From positions 12,334 to 76,333 of the forward strand of contig CBFHTA010000002.1 of the NCBI GenBank assembly GCA_965658655.1: 64,000 nucleotides of DNA, in the 5' to 3' direction. Below are positions 1 through 9,196 of this stretch, piece by piece. The stretch's first letter is position 1. Every line of letters begins with the position of its first letter. The translations under genes were made by a program, and so were the position numbers. This DNA is from Candidatus Babelota bacterium. Its GTDB lineage: Bacteria > Babelota > Babeliae > Babelales > CAIQNR01. The notes beneath the pieces are model-generated. The model had not been told where the DNA came from. It worked only from the letters and a program-made list of their open reading frames with translations, and did not search any database.

Positions 1-2
1 TA

Positions 3-2096
3 GTGACACTATTAGTAAATATAGTGGCAAGTCCACTGCGTGCAATGCAGTCAATGCTACGTCTTGTTTATGTGGGTGTACGTACGGCTCCACAGAAAGG
101 TATGTTAGGTCAAATTGTTAAAGAGCAATTAATGCATAAAGGTGTGCGCTCTGTAGCTAATGATACTTTAAAGATTACCCAAGAAACTCCAAAAACGGTA
201 CTTTTTGCTGTAGCTCAGAAACAAAAACTTCAAGCAATTGATGGAATTCAAAAACAACCAAGAACTTTATTAGTTGCTCCAAATAAAAAAAATAAACTGG
301 AATCATATAATACAGATATTGGTGAGAGCCAAATTCCTACTCAAGACGTCTTGAAATCTCTTGTAGAAAGTAAACATCAAAAAGAACAGTATGAAGATAA
401 TAAAAGTACATGGTTTACTTTTATTAAGATAAGTTTAATAAGTTTTTATTTAAATTATAGAGTTAAAAAAGTATCTGCTTTAGAAGAATCTAAAGAAATG
501 TCAGAGCAAGAGCTTAAACAGATAGAAATGGTTAAAAGTTTAATTAAAAAAGAACGTGTTTCAGCAGATGATTCATGTTTAATAAAAGTTATATACGATA
601 ATGGAACAAAGGAATTTAGAGAATGTATTATAGATGAATTAGTCACTATAATAGATTTTACTAAAATAGAAGAAAATAAAAAATACGGAAATTTGAAAGA
701 TATAATTACTCTTGTTGTTGCAAAATTGCCAATAGATAAGCAGATAGGGTTTGTTAGGAGCACTTTATTAAAAGAGAATATTTCAAGAGATGAATTACAT
801 ATAATAAAAAAAATATATGAAAATGGAGTAAGTGAATTTAAAAAAGGTCTTCTTGAAAAATTAGATAATGTAATAGATTTTGCTCATTTAGGTAAACATT
901 ACTTTCCTTATCTAGAAGAATTAATTATTGATTTTTTTATGGGATTAAATACAGAAAATAAGATAAGAAATATTGAAAAGATATTTAAAAAAGATAAAGT
1001 TTCACAAAGTGATTTATTTCTTATGGAAGAAATTTATAAAAAAGAAAAAAATGTTATAAAAAATTTTATAGAAGAGTGCTTTTTTGAAGGTTGTTTTGCA
1101 AGTGAAAAAAAACATACACCTACTGATAAGTATTTTCTTAATTATTTTACATCATGTGTGCAAAATAAAAATTTACCCCAAGACCTTAAGAACTTAACTC
1201 ATCGATTGAATCGATATTCTGCTGATAATATTAATAACAATAAAATAACTTTTTTCCATGGGCAAGCATGGTATTGGAATTTGCAAGCCATAATTGTTAA
1301 GAAATTGTATGAATTTAAACATAGAGTAAAAATAGATGGAAATTTTACTTTTTTACGCTTTGTTCAAGCAGAGATGGGTTTATGTGAAAAGCATCAAAAG
1401 AAACTTGTTCAAACAGGGATAAGGGGAACACCAACTTTTTTTTCAGAAGAGCGTTCAAATGTTATTTTTGTAAATCTTGCTCTTTTTGCAAATGGTCCTG
1501 GCTCAAACACTGTTGGGTATGTTTTAAATAATAATGATCAGAGCTTATTGATGAGGCGGAAAAAAGATCTATGCCGATTTGTAAAGATTTTTAAAGATTT
1601 TGGTTTTGAAAAAGAAATTCAAGAGCTACAAAGAATACAGCCTACTCTTTTAAAAGATCTTACAAATTTGCATTTTTCAGCATCTTCCTATGGTAATTTT
1701 GTTACTATTGTTATGCCTAAGCAGCTGGCATCTCAAGTTGCTTATCCAGGAAAAACAGCTGGTCCTAGAATTAAATACAAAAATATGGATGATATTGTTA
1801 GCATTGTAGAGAATTTTGAAAGAATGCCCTTTGAGAATGAGTTTTGCATTGTGCTTGGTCCAAATATAGTTGATCCAATTGAGGCAAAAAAAACGGGCAT
1901 TGAAATTAAATCATGGAATACCGCAAACCCAAAGATTATTGTTTTGCGTGATGCATTGATTGATGAAATTATTGCGTGGTGTGAGGTGGCTCAAAATCAA
2001 ACTAAATCTTATGCAGAGCTTGCTGCGTGGGGGCAGCAGATAGTTGATGATGCAAAAAAGAAACTAGAAGAGGCAAAGTACTTAAGTGATAGGTAA
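3..2096 (+). CDS. Hypothetical protein (697 aa); C-terminal domain with weak ADP-ribosyltransferase-like motifs
   Basis: Long ORF, very AT-rich centre; C-terminal FFHGQ...FVNLALF...ENEFCIV pattern; true start uncertain at window edge. Confidence 0.75.
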   Translation: MTLLVNIVASPLRAMQSMLRLVYVGVRTAPQKGMLGQIVKEQLMHKGVRSVANDTLKITQETPKTVLFAVAQKQKLQAIDGIQKQPRTLLVAPNKKNKLESYNTDIGESQIPTQDVLKSLVESKHQKEQYEDNKSTWFTFIKISLISFYLNYRVKKVSALEESKEMSEQELKQIEMVKSLIKKERVSADDSCLIKVIYDNGTKEFRECIIDELVTIIDFTKIEENKKYGNLKDIITLVVAKLPIDKQIGFVRSTLLKENISRDELHIIKKIYENGVSEFKKGLLEKLDNVIDFAHLGKHYFPYLEELIIDFFMGLNTENKIRNIEKIFKKDKVSQSDLFLMEEIYKKEKNVIKNFIEECFFEGCFASEKKHTPTDKYFLNYFTSCVQNKNLPQDLKNLTHRLNRYSADNINNNKITFFHGQAWYWNLQAIIVKKLYEFKHRVKIDGNFTFLRFVQAEMGLCEKHQKKLVQTGIRGTPTFFSEERSNVIFVNLALFANGPGSNTVGYVLNNNDQSLLMRRKKDLCRFVKIFKDFGFEKEIQELQRIQPTLLKDLTNLHFSASSYGNFVTIVMPKQLASQVAYPGKTAGPRIKYKNMDDIVSIVENFERMPFENEFCIVLGPNIVDPIEAKKTGIEIKSWNTANPKIIVLRDALIDEIIAWCEVAQNQTKSYAELAAWGQQIVDDAKKKLEEAKYLSDR

Positions 2097-2121
2097 GTAA
2101 AAAAGTTGGTCATAATAGTAG

Positions 2122-3123
2122 TTAACTTTTTTTGTACCTATGTAAGCTACGAATTCGCGCTCCGGTTGACAAGTTCAACTCTGGGGCGCGTTTCCATGTG
2201 GCATATAAATTCTTTTTTTGCTCGTTGCTATACACAACTTCTTGGGTGCGTTGAAGGCTTTTCTTTTTAACAGGCTTGCGAATTGCCACCGTCATAGGAG
2301 CATCTTTTTTCAAAGGGCTTAAAGAAGCGAACAGATCTCTGTGTATTCTAAAATGTTTTTTAATGTCGTAACAGAGCGCCAAAATGTTTTTACCAACCAG
2401 GCTACTATAAATCTCTGTTTGGTATGGTTGATTATTGTTTACGAGCAATAATACAGAGTAAGCATTAGAGTGATGAAACTGTGTATATTCATGGGTATAT
2501 TGAGGATGTAGCGTTGGTTTAGAAAACGTAAACGGTTGTTGAGAGTAAAAGGTGTAGAGCTGTTCTATTTTTTCTGCTTTTGGCATAAACAATTTATACT
2601 TTTGTGTGTCTTTAGGGATTGCGGTGCCCAGCTGTATAGCAACTTCTACAGGTTTTTTAATCTTGCGCGTTGCAGCATTAAAAACGAGTCCACCTCTGCC
2701 TTGAGTAATAACAATACATTTACTTTTAAGTGAATGGAGGTAATCAAGACCTTCGGCAAGTTTCTGAGCCGGTGTATTTAAGTGGTTGGTGCTTGGAGAA
2801 GAATCTATCCAATCAAAATAGACACAAAGCGGAGTAGTGTTTTTGGCAGGACTATTAGCAGAAAAGAATGAATAGGGCACTCTAATTTTATTATTATTGG
2901 TGAATGCCTTTAATGTTTTAGCTGCTTCAACATCTTTTTTTGCAGATTCAGCTGCTGCAGGAACTACTACAAAAAAGATATTATGTTTTTTTTGTTCGGG
3001 GTCAAAGAGGGTGGAATTCTTTTCTTTTCCTATTATGTGGAAACTATCGGGAAGACGCGCAAGACGTGCTTGTGCGCTTGCCAGAGATATCAGGGCTATA
3101 CTTATTACTACTCTTTTTTTCAT
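2122..3123 (-). CDS. Secreted hypothetical protein, degenerate alpha/beta-hydrolase-like
   Basis: Signal peptide MKKRVVISIALISLASAQA; CIVITQGRGG...AIQLGTAIP resembles a nucleophile-elbow region lacking the Ser. Confidence 0.7.
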   Translation of the reverse strand: MKKRVVISIALISLASAQARLARLPDSFHIIGKEKNSTLFDPEQKKHNIFFVVVPAAAESAKKDVEAAKTLKAFTNNNKIRVPYSFFSANSPAKNTTPLCVYFDWIDSSPSTNHLNTPAQKLAEGLDYLHSLKSKCIVITQGRGGLVFNAATRKIKKPVEVAIQLGTAIPKDTQKYKLFMPKAEKIEQLYTFYSQQPFTFSKPTLHPQYTHEYTQFHHSNAYSVLLLVNNNQPYQTEIYSSLVGKNILALCYDIKKHFRIHRDLFASLSPLKKDAPMTVAIRKPVKKKSLQRTQEVVYSNEQKKNLYATWKRAPELNLSTGARIRSLHRYKKS

Positions 3124-3167
3124 TTCGATACTCCTTAATTAGAAGTATTAAAATGGCATAAAAATGA

Positions 3168-3356
3168 TTATGAAGTAAAGGGATTACAGGAAAACACCCG
3201 TAGAATAATGTTTTTGATAGCTTTGAAAAGAGATTGGGTTTGAAGTTGTTCGTGAGCGTACAGAGTGCAGCTAACAGGGTATTTACAATGTGCGGGTCCC
3301 AACAATGGGCGAAGACCTTGAATGAAGAACCAAAGAATGTGTGCTATAAAGGACAT
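3168..3356 (-). CDS. yidD: Membrane protein insertion efficiency factor YidD
   Basis: C-K-Y-P-V-S-C-T-L-Y and R...CNPF motifs; directly downstream of rnpA. Confidence 0.9.
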   Translation of the reverse strand: MSFIAHILWFFIQGLRPLLGPAHCKYPVSCTLYAHEQLQTQSLFKAIKNIILRVFSCNPFTS

Positions 3357-3685
3357 GAACCAAAAACTCGATGAAGTAATTTTTTGAGAGTACCAAATGA
3401 GGTATCAATACCTTCGCGTCTAACGATGATAACGAGATCCATTTTTTTGCTATATAATTCGTCTCCAATGAAAATTGCTTTAATTCGACGACGAATAAGA
3501 TTGCGCTGAGGTGAATTGCCTGAACGACGAGGTGTGATAATAAGAACCCTGCCATGCTCGGGTAAAGAAGCTGGAGCTGCTAAAATACGGAGACCTGGAA
3601 TGCGTGCTTTGACGCGGGCCGTGTTTAGCAGCTTAGTAATTTCTGACTGTGTAAACGAGGAAATTTTCTTCGTTACCCGTGGCAT
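3344..3685 (-). CDS. rnpA: Ribonuclease P protein component
   Basis: GNSPQRNLIRRRIK (RNR-type motif); rpmH-rnpA-yidD order. Confidence 0.93.
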   Translation of the reverse strand: MPRVTKKISSFTQSEITKLLNTARVKARIPGLRILAAPASLPEHGRVLIITPRRSGNSPQRNLIRRRIKAIFIGDELYSKKMDLVIIVRREGIDTSFGTLKKLLHRVFGSCPL

Positions 3686-3697
3686 AGTACCCCTAAA

Positions 3698-3841
3698 TTA
3701 CGCCCTTACAGCCAAACGCTTACGACCCTTCGCTCTACGGCGATTTAGGATCTTGCGACCGTGACGTGTGGACATACGTTTACGGAAACCGTGTTTACGG
3801 TTTCTTTTTAATCTACTTTTCTTAAAAAAAGTTACTGACAT
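3698..3841 (-). CDS. rpmH: 50S ribosomal protein L34 (not in ORF track)
   Basis: Hand translation [47 protein letters not shown]; HGFRxRM signature. Confidence 0.96.
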   Translation of the reverse strand: MSVTFFKKSRLKRNRKHGFRKRMSTRHGRKILNRRRAKGRKRLAVRA

Positions 3842-3912
3842 GCTCTACCCTTTGGATATCTATAGATTAAGAGAATATACGTTATTCTAAAGGTAATTTA
3901 AGATTTTTTCAA

Positions 3913-4848
3913 CTAAAGAAAGTCTTTAAGCTCAAGGTATCTTTGAGCATCTAGCGCGGCCATGCACCCACTTCCAGAAGAAACAATCGCTTGTTTATAG
4001 CGGAAATCGGCTATATCACCCGCAATAAAAACCCCTTCAACAGAGCTTTTAGTTTTATCTTTAAGGTCAAGATAGCCCATTTTATCCATATTCAGCTGCC
4101 CTTTAAAAAGCTGCGTATTAGGTTTTTGTCCAATGGCTAAGAAGACCACATCTGTTTTGAGGGTTTGTTTCTCTTGAGTTTCTTGGTTAGTAATCTCTAT
4201 TTCCGTTACATGAGACTCATTGCCTTTGATTGCAGTAACAGTGCTGGAGTAAATTATCTTGATTTTGGGATTGTCGAGGACTCGTTTTTGCATTGACGGA
4301 GAGGCTGTAAGCTTATCAAGGATATGAACGATTGTGATTTTGTCGGTGTATTTGGTCATAAAAGAAGCATCTTCCATGGCAGTATCTCCACCACCAACAA
4401 TAACAGCTTCTTTTTCCGGATAGAAGGCGCCATCACACACAGCACAGGTTGTGACCCCTTTTCCCCAATATTCGTCTTCTCCTGGGCATTGTAGTTTGTT
4501 TGGAGATGCACCTGCAGCAATAATGACACTGTTTGCTTTGAGAGTTTCTTTATTGGTGGTCACGGTGAAAGGGTGTTCTTTAAAATTAACGCTGGTAACT
4601 GAGTCAGAAATAAATTCTGTACCAAAATGTTTTGCGTGTTCTTTCATGTTCATCATAAGTTGAGGACCCATGATACTTTTTTCTCCTGGCCAGTTTTCTA
4701 CTGCGGTGGTTCCCATTAATTGGCCACCAGGGTTAGGTCCTTCAATAACGACTGGTTTTAAAAAAGCACGGCTTGCGTATACTGCTGCCGTTAGTCCTGA
4801 TGGTCCCGATCCAATAATAATAACGTTATGTGTGTTATTTGTACTCAT
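3913..4848 (-). CDS. trxB: Thioredoxin reductase
   Basis: GSGPSG FAD site, CAVC redox motif, GGGDTAMEDA NADPH site. Confidence 0.96.
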   Translation of the reverse strand: MSTNNTHNVIIIGSGPSGLTAAVYASRAFLKPVVIEGPNPGGQLMGTTAVENWPGEKSIMGPQLMMNMKEHAKHFGTEFISDSVTSVNFKEHPFTVTTNKETLKANSVIIAAGASPNKLQCPGEDEYWGKGVTTCAVCDGAFYPEKEAVIVGGGDTAMEDASFMTKYTDKITIVHILDKLTASPSMQKRVLDNPKIKIIYSSTVTAIKGNESHVTEIEITNQETQEKQTLKTDVVFLAIGQKPNTQLFKGQLNMDKMGYLDLKDKTKSSVEGVFIAGDIADFRYKQAIVSSGSGCMAALDAQRYLELKDFL

Positions 4849-6155
4849 GTTCCCGATTTAGTTTTTATAAGGTGGTGAATCGCATGATTCAATGTTTTTT
4901 CTTTTAAACAACATTGCACTAATAAAGATGATGAAATAGGAATTTCGTGCCCTAAAAACTTTGTAGAAGGTGGTTCAAAATAAATAAATTCACTTGTCCG
5001 TGCTCGATTCCCTAAATTCAAGTATCCCTTAATGTCTGTATTAGTAATGCCAATATTTTCATGAAAAGCAAGTTGGTGAATGAAAACATCTTCTTTTACT
5101 TGTTTTTCTGCAAGTGCTTTAATCTTCTCTTTAAAGTCTGGTTGCATTTTATAGACTTGGTAATCAGGAGTATCGTGAATAAGATCAAGAATAGTTTTTT
5201 GTTGTCTCAGAATGAGGTGTTGTGGTGCAGAGAATGCATGTTTAGAGAGTAAGAGCTTTAGTGACTCTTCAGCAGTGGCACGGCGTTGGGAGATATCGTT
5301 TCTATAAGAAAAAACTTCAATTAATTTTTGATGGAGCTCTTTACTGTTTCTAATTCGAAAATGCTTTTTAAAATGATCGACACAGAAAAATGCATGAGGT
5401 AATCGATCAACAATGGTAACTTCAAATTTATAATGTGTGTCTAAGTGACTGCTGAAATATTCTTGTAGACATTCATCATCGGTTATAAAAGTGTCGTTTG
5501 GTTTTTTTCCTAAAAAGAGTTTCTTGAAAGGGGCATCGGCTTCTTCTCTGCCAATTTTGAGCCATAAATTTTCTTTGTAGAGTCCGAGCAGTGGTTTATC
5601 TTTTTCGTTGAGTAAACAAACGGTAAAGTTAATCCAGTCTCCAGACTTAATGGTGTTGTCGGTATCTTTTTTTATAGCTGTTTGTTCTTCTTTTAGAAAG
5701 TTTTCTACTTGTCGGTCGAGATCTTTATAATTTTTTCTTTTGGGAGCCTTGAAAGGTAAACGTTTCCAACCTTGTAATGAAATGGGTTGTGCAAGTGTGA
5801 GTGAAAAGCTAAACCGTGCATCTTGATGTGGGTTTAAGCTGATATCTTGTAAGAATGGTTCTCCAGCAAGAAAAACTTTTTTATTATATAACTCTTTGTA
5901 AAGCCAATTAATAACAAAATATTTGAAGAAAAATTCTTTGACATGGTCAACTAAGTGCGGTTGGAAATTTTTTTCAATATAAGAGAGGGGAGTGTTGCCT
6001 TTTGAAAATCCGAAAGTGTGGACTTCTGCTTGTTGAGCTATTGAGGCTTGAGCGTACAATTTTTTTACATAGGTGGCTGGAATAGTTACAACTGCAGAAC
6101 CAAATTGCGGGCTATTAGAATGCAATGCAAAAGACGGTGTTGCAAAACCTGTCAT
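4845..6155 (-). CDS. tig: Trigger factor (divergent)
   Basis: 436 aa; GFSKGNTP variant of the GFRxGxxP loop; FKBP-like middle (GDWINFTV); follows tRNA-Leu as is common for tig. Confidence 0.75.
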   Translation of the reverse strand: MTGFATPSFALHSNSPQFGSAVVTIPATYVKKLYAQASIAQQAEVHTFGFSKGNTPLSYIEKNFQPHLVDHVKEFFFKYFVINWLYKELYNKKVFLAGEPFLQDISLNPHQDARFSFSLTLAQPISLQGWKRLPFKAPKRKNYKDLDRQVENFLKEEQTAIKKDTDNTIKSGDWINFTVCLLNEKDKPLLGLYKENLWLKIGREEADAPFKKLFLGKKPNDTFITDDECLQEYFSSHLDTHYKFEVTIVDRLPHAFFCVDHFKKHFRIRNSKELHQKLIEVFSYRNDISQRRATAEESLKLLLSKHAFSAPQHLILRQQKTILDLIHDTPDYQVYKMQPDFKEKIKALAEKQVKEDVFIHQLAFHENIGITNTDIKGYLNLGNRARTSEFIYFEPPSTKFLGHEIPISSSLLVQCCLKEKTLNHAIHHLIKTKSGT

Positions 6156-6180
6156 TACTACGTACTCCCTTTTTTAATTT

Positions 6181-6267
6181 TGGTGCGAGAGGAGGGACTT
6201 GAACCCACACTCCGATTAAGGAACTGGATCCTAAATCCAGCGCGTCTACCAATTTCGCCACTCTCGC
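6181..6267 (-). tRNA. tRNA-Leu (anticodon TAG)
   Basis: Reverse complement GCGAGAGTGGCGAAATTGGTAGACGCGCTGGATTTAGGATCCAG...GGTTCAAGTCCCTCCTCTCGCACCA; long variable arm, encoded CCA. Confidence 0.95.
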
Positions 6268-6300
6268 ATGCCCCATGTTTATTTCAATCTACTCTTTTAT

Positions 6301-6347
6301 AACCTGCAGTTAAGAGTTCGATGCTCTGCCTATTAAACTAACAGCTT
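6301..6347 (-). pseudogene. Decayed 5' portion of a tRNA-Lys(CTT)
   Basis: Reverse complement AAGCTGT-TA-GTTT-AATAGGCA-GAGC-A-TCGAA-CT-CTT-AA-CTGC-AGGTT; anticodon stem broken, T-arm and 3' acceptor strand absent. Confidence 0.55.
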
Positions 6348-6412
6348 CACAGTAAGTCAATAGCTGAATAACATGCTGGTAGTGTACCAGAGCATCGTTA
6401 AAATGCAACTCT

Positions 6413-7000
6413 TTATGCTTTTAGATCAGCTTCTTTTTTAGTGCTCATTTCTTCTGCTTGCTTGATAAATTTATCAGTAGTTTTCTGTAGCAAGTCGTTT
6501 AAACGCTTTGCAAAGTCTTCTGATATATCTTTTGCCTTTTGTGTATCTCGTACTAGATTCTGATAATGTTTACGAACATTTCTAATACTTACACGGCATT
6601 CTTCAAGTTTTTTGCTGAGAACTTTTTTGAGCTCTTCTCGACGAGCACTGCTCATTTCGGGCAACACCAAACGAATTAAGTTACCATCGTTTTGGGGTGT
6701 TACGCCAACGTCAGATTCTCTAATTGCACGTTCAATGTCGGGCACAACTGTTTGATCCCACGGTTGAATAACAATGAGGCGCCCTTCAGGAGTAGAAATG
6801 TTTGCTAGGCCTTTTAAAGCCATTTCAGTTTCGCCCCCGTAGCACATTACCTTGATATCTTCTACCATAGAAGGATGTGCACGACCAGTACGTAAAGAAA
6901 CGAGCTCATGTTTAAAATGATCGATACTTTTGATCATTTCTTCTTGAGTTGCTTTTTCGAATGGTGCTGTTGCGCCTTCGGAAAGTTTAATTTCCATCAT
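6413..7000 (-). CDS. frr: Ribosome recycling factor
   Basis: LRTGRAHP, IQPWD, RVSIRNVR motifs. Confidence 0.96.
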   Translation of the reverse strand: MMEIKLSEGATAPFEKATQEEMIKSIDHFKHELVSLRTGRAHPSMVEDIKVMCYGGETEMALKGLANISTPEGRLIVIQPWDQTVVPDIERAIRESDVGVTPQNDGNLIRLVLPEMSSARREELKKVLSKKLEECRVSIRNVRKHYQNLVRDTQKAKDISEDFAKRLNDLLQKTTDKFIKQAEEMSTKKEADLKA

Positions 7001-7016
7001 GATTGTTCCTTAGTTC

Positions 7017-7613
7017 TTATGCGCCAATTTCGTAACGAACAAAACGTTTAATTTTGATGTTTTCGCCCATCTTACCTACAACGTCTTGAATCATTTGTTC
7101 AACAGTAAGTTTGTCATTTTTAACAAATTTTTGTTGAAGTAAACATACATCGCCATAAATCTTGTTAACTTTACCTTCAACGATCTTATCTACAAATTCA
7201 GCTTTTTTCCCTTCTTCAACCAACTGTTCTTTGATCAAAGTTTTTTCTTTTTCAAGCCATGCTTGGTCTACACTTGTAGGATCAAGATAAAGAGGTTTCA
7301 TTGCGGCAATGTGCATACCAAGGTCTTGAGCTAATGCAGTGAGAGCTTCGTTGCGAGCAACAAAGTCTGTTTCACAGTTAAGCTCAACTAGTACACCTAC
7401 AGTGCTTCCTGGGTGGATATATGCATGCACTAATCCTTGATCAGTTTCGTTGTCACCACGTTTTGCGGCTACTTTAGCGCCTTTTTTACGTAGCAATTCA
7501 ACTGCTTTCTCCATGTCCCCATCAGATTCTTGAAGGGCTTTTTTGCAGTCCATCATACCCATGCTGGTACGAGTTCTTAATACTTGAATATCATCTAAGC
7601 TTATTTTCGCCAT
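7017..7613 (-). CDS. tsf: Elongation factor Ts (short form)
   Basis: GMMDCKKAL and ELNCETDFVA motifs. Confidence 0.97.
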   Translation of the reverse strand: MAKISLDDIQVLRTRTSMGMMDCKKALQESDGDMEKAVELLRKKGAKVAAKRGDNETDQGLVHAYIHPGSTVGVLVELNCETDFVARNEALTALAQDLGMHIAAMKPLYLDPTSVDQAWLEKEKTLIKEQLVEEGKKAEFVDKIVEGKVNKIYGDVCLLQQKFVKNDKLTVEQMIQDVVGKMGENIKIKRFVRYEIGA

Positions 7614-7697
7614 ATATGCTCCCGGTCGATCGAATTATATTTCTTGATCTTTCTAGTGTGCCAGAAGCAGTATTTTTGGCAATACGGCCCTTAAGTA

Positions 7698-8150
7698 TTA
7701 TTTTTTAGGGGGATAAAGTTGAAAACCTAGAATAGAAAGAGCAATGCTTCCCACTGATGAGGAAGTGAAGATTATTAGAAGTTGCTTAAGAGAAAGGTGA
7801 ATTTTGAGAAATTTATTAAGGATCAGACCGCAAACTATATTTACTAACCAAATAGCGAATATGCCATAAGGACAAAAAATATAAGACTCAGTAAAGCAAG
7901 AGGAAAGAGGTTTGATAGCAGTTGCGATTGTTCGAAATAATTGAACAAAGGGGGTGAGTAGTATGAACATGAAGATGCTTGAGAGCAGATTGGTAGCTAA
8001 TGAAAAGAGAATGCCGTGCCCCAATGATTTCTTTTTTTTAAAGTAGTAAAATAGGTACGATTCAATAAAAAGCTTAACGGTACCTACAACCACAGTCCAT
8101 TGTAGACCGGTGCTTAAGCCATCGTTTATTACTTGTTTTATAGAAGACAT
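7698..8150 (-). CDS. Hypothetical multi-pass membrane protein
   Basis: About 4 hydrophobic segments; start placed at ATG 8150 because the upstream ORF part overlaps a hairpin. Confidence 0.65.
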   Translation of the reverse strand: MSSIKQVINDGLSTGLQWTVVVGTVKLFIESYLFYYFKKKKSLGHGILFSLATNLLSSIFMFILLTPFVQLFRTIATAIKPLSSCFTESYIFCPYGIFAIWLVNIVCGLILNKFLKIHLSLKQLLIIFTSSSVGSIALSILGFQLYPPKK

Positions 8151-8169
8151 ACCGTTCCTTCTTGCTATT

Positions 8170-8207
8170 AAAATGTGAGCTTTGCCCATCTGTAAAGCTC
8201 ACATTTT
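8170..8207. terminator. Intergenic hairpin, probable terminator
   Basis: Perfect 14-bp inverted repeat AAAATGTGAGCTTT / AAAGCTCACATTTT. Confidence 0.7.
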
Positions 8208-8223
8208 GATTATTTATTGTGGA

Positions 8224-8652
8224 TTATCCTTGGTGCTTAGCCTTTTTAGTAGGAGCAGAACATTGCTTTTCAACGCACATGCTCACACAGTTTGCAGCGA
8301 GAATACCTACAAAAAAGCAAAGAGCGAATACTTTTGGTGCAGTTGTTTTTACTTTAAGTTGTTTGCCTATAACCATAAGAAGTACAGTGATTATAACTGT
8401 CATAACAAAAGAGGTCCAAATTGGCTGCATAAAAACGTGGCTACTGGTGTCTACTGCACACATGAAACTGCTCAATATGTTAGCAAAGAAAAGGTTTGTT
8501 AATACCATTAAAGAAACACCGACTACACTGATGTAAGCTGCTTCCTCTCTGCTTTTTTTCCCAAATTTAGAGAACATGAGCATGCTGAATACAACTGCCA
8601 TCATGGTTACTATTTCTTGGTTATAAACACTAAATTGGTGACAAAAATTCAT
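8224..8652 (-). CDS. Small 4-TM membrane protein, tandem paralogue
   Basis: Visibly aligns with 8732..9157 (CHQ..VY, REE.AYI, VIITVLLM..GK, CFF.GI, C..P.K.AKH.G). Confidence 0.8.
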   Translation of the reverse strand: MNFCHQFSVYNQEIVTMMAVVFSMLMFSKFGKKSREEAAYISVVGVSLMVLTNLFFANILSSFMCAVDTSSHVFMQPIWTSFVMTVIITVLLMVIGKQLKVKTTAPKVFALCFFVGILAANCVSMCVEKQCSAPTKKAKHQG

Positions 8653-8678
8653 GATTTAATTCCCTTTATAATAAAAGA

Positions 8679-8706
8679 GTGAGCTGAACAATTTGTTAGA
8701 GCTCAC
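8679..8706. terminator. Intergenic hairpin related to the 8170 hairpin
   Basis: GTGAGCT...AGCTCAC outer stem with inner AACA/TGTT. Confidence 0.6.
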
Positions 8707-8731
8707 ATTAAAGTTTAAATGTGCTTAGTTA

Positions 8732-9157
8732 TTATCCGTGGTGTTTGGCGTTTTTTGCAGGAGGTGTACAGCTACTGTTGATGAACATGCCTACAAAGTT
8801 AGAAAGTGCTATGCCTATAAAGAAACAAATGACCAATGTTTTTGGTGGCATTGCCTTTGCTTTTATTGTTTTTCCTACAATCATAAGAAGTACAGTAATT
8901 ATTACAGCTGCAACTGCAGAGCTCCAAAGAATGTGTAAAGCTTCTGAACCCTGTACAAGGCTTATTACGTTGTGAAGTGGCTCAGCTAGAATAATGTTAA
9001 CCAAGCAAAGTAAAGACATACCAGCCAATGCTATATAAGCTGTTTCTTCCCTGTGCTTTTTAGCAATGCGAGAAAAAGCAACCATTGTGAAAATAGCTGC
9101 TAGAAGAGTACCAACTTGCTCTCCGTAAACATTGAGTTGATGACAAATATCTATCAT
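8732..9157 (-). CDS. Small 4-TM membrane protein, tandem paralogue
   Basis: Aligns with 8224..8652; AGGAG RBS upstream. Confidence 0.8.
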   Translation of the reverse strand: MIDICHQLNVYGEQVGTLLAAIFTMVAFSRIAKKHREETAYIALAGMSLLCLVNIILAEPLHNVISLVQGSEALHILWSSAVAAVIITVLLMIVGKTIKAKAMPPKTLVICFFIGIALSNFVGMFINSSCTPPAKNAKHHG

Positions 9158-9196
9158 TTAGTTCTCCTTATTTTGGATTTAAAAACTCAAAGATTA

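Noticed and set aside
3842-3912. Replication origin expected near rpmH
   Set aside because: Spacer is short, trxB rather than dnaA is adjacent, and no DnaA-box cluster was seen
6048-6302. 84-aa + strand ORF
   Set aside because: Antisense to tig and tRNA-Leu (the VREEGLEP pattern is a tRNA shadow)
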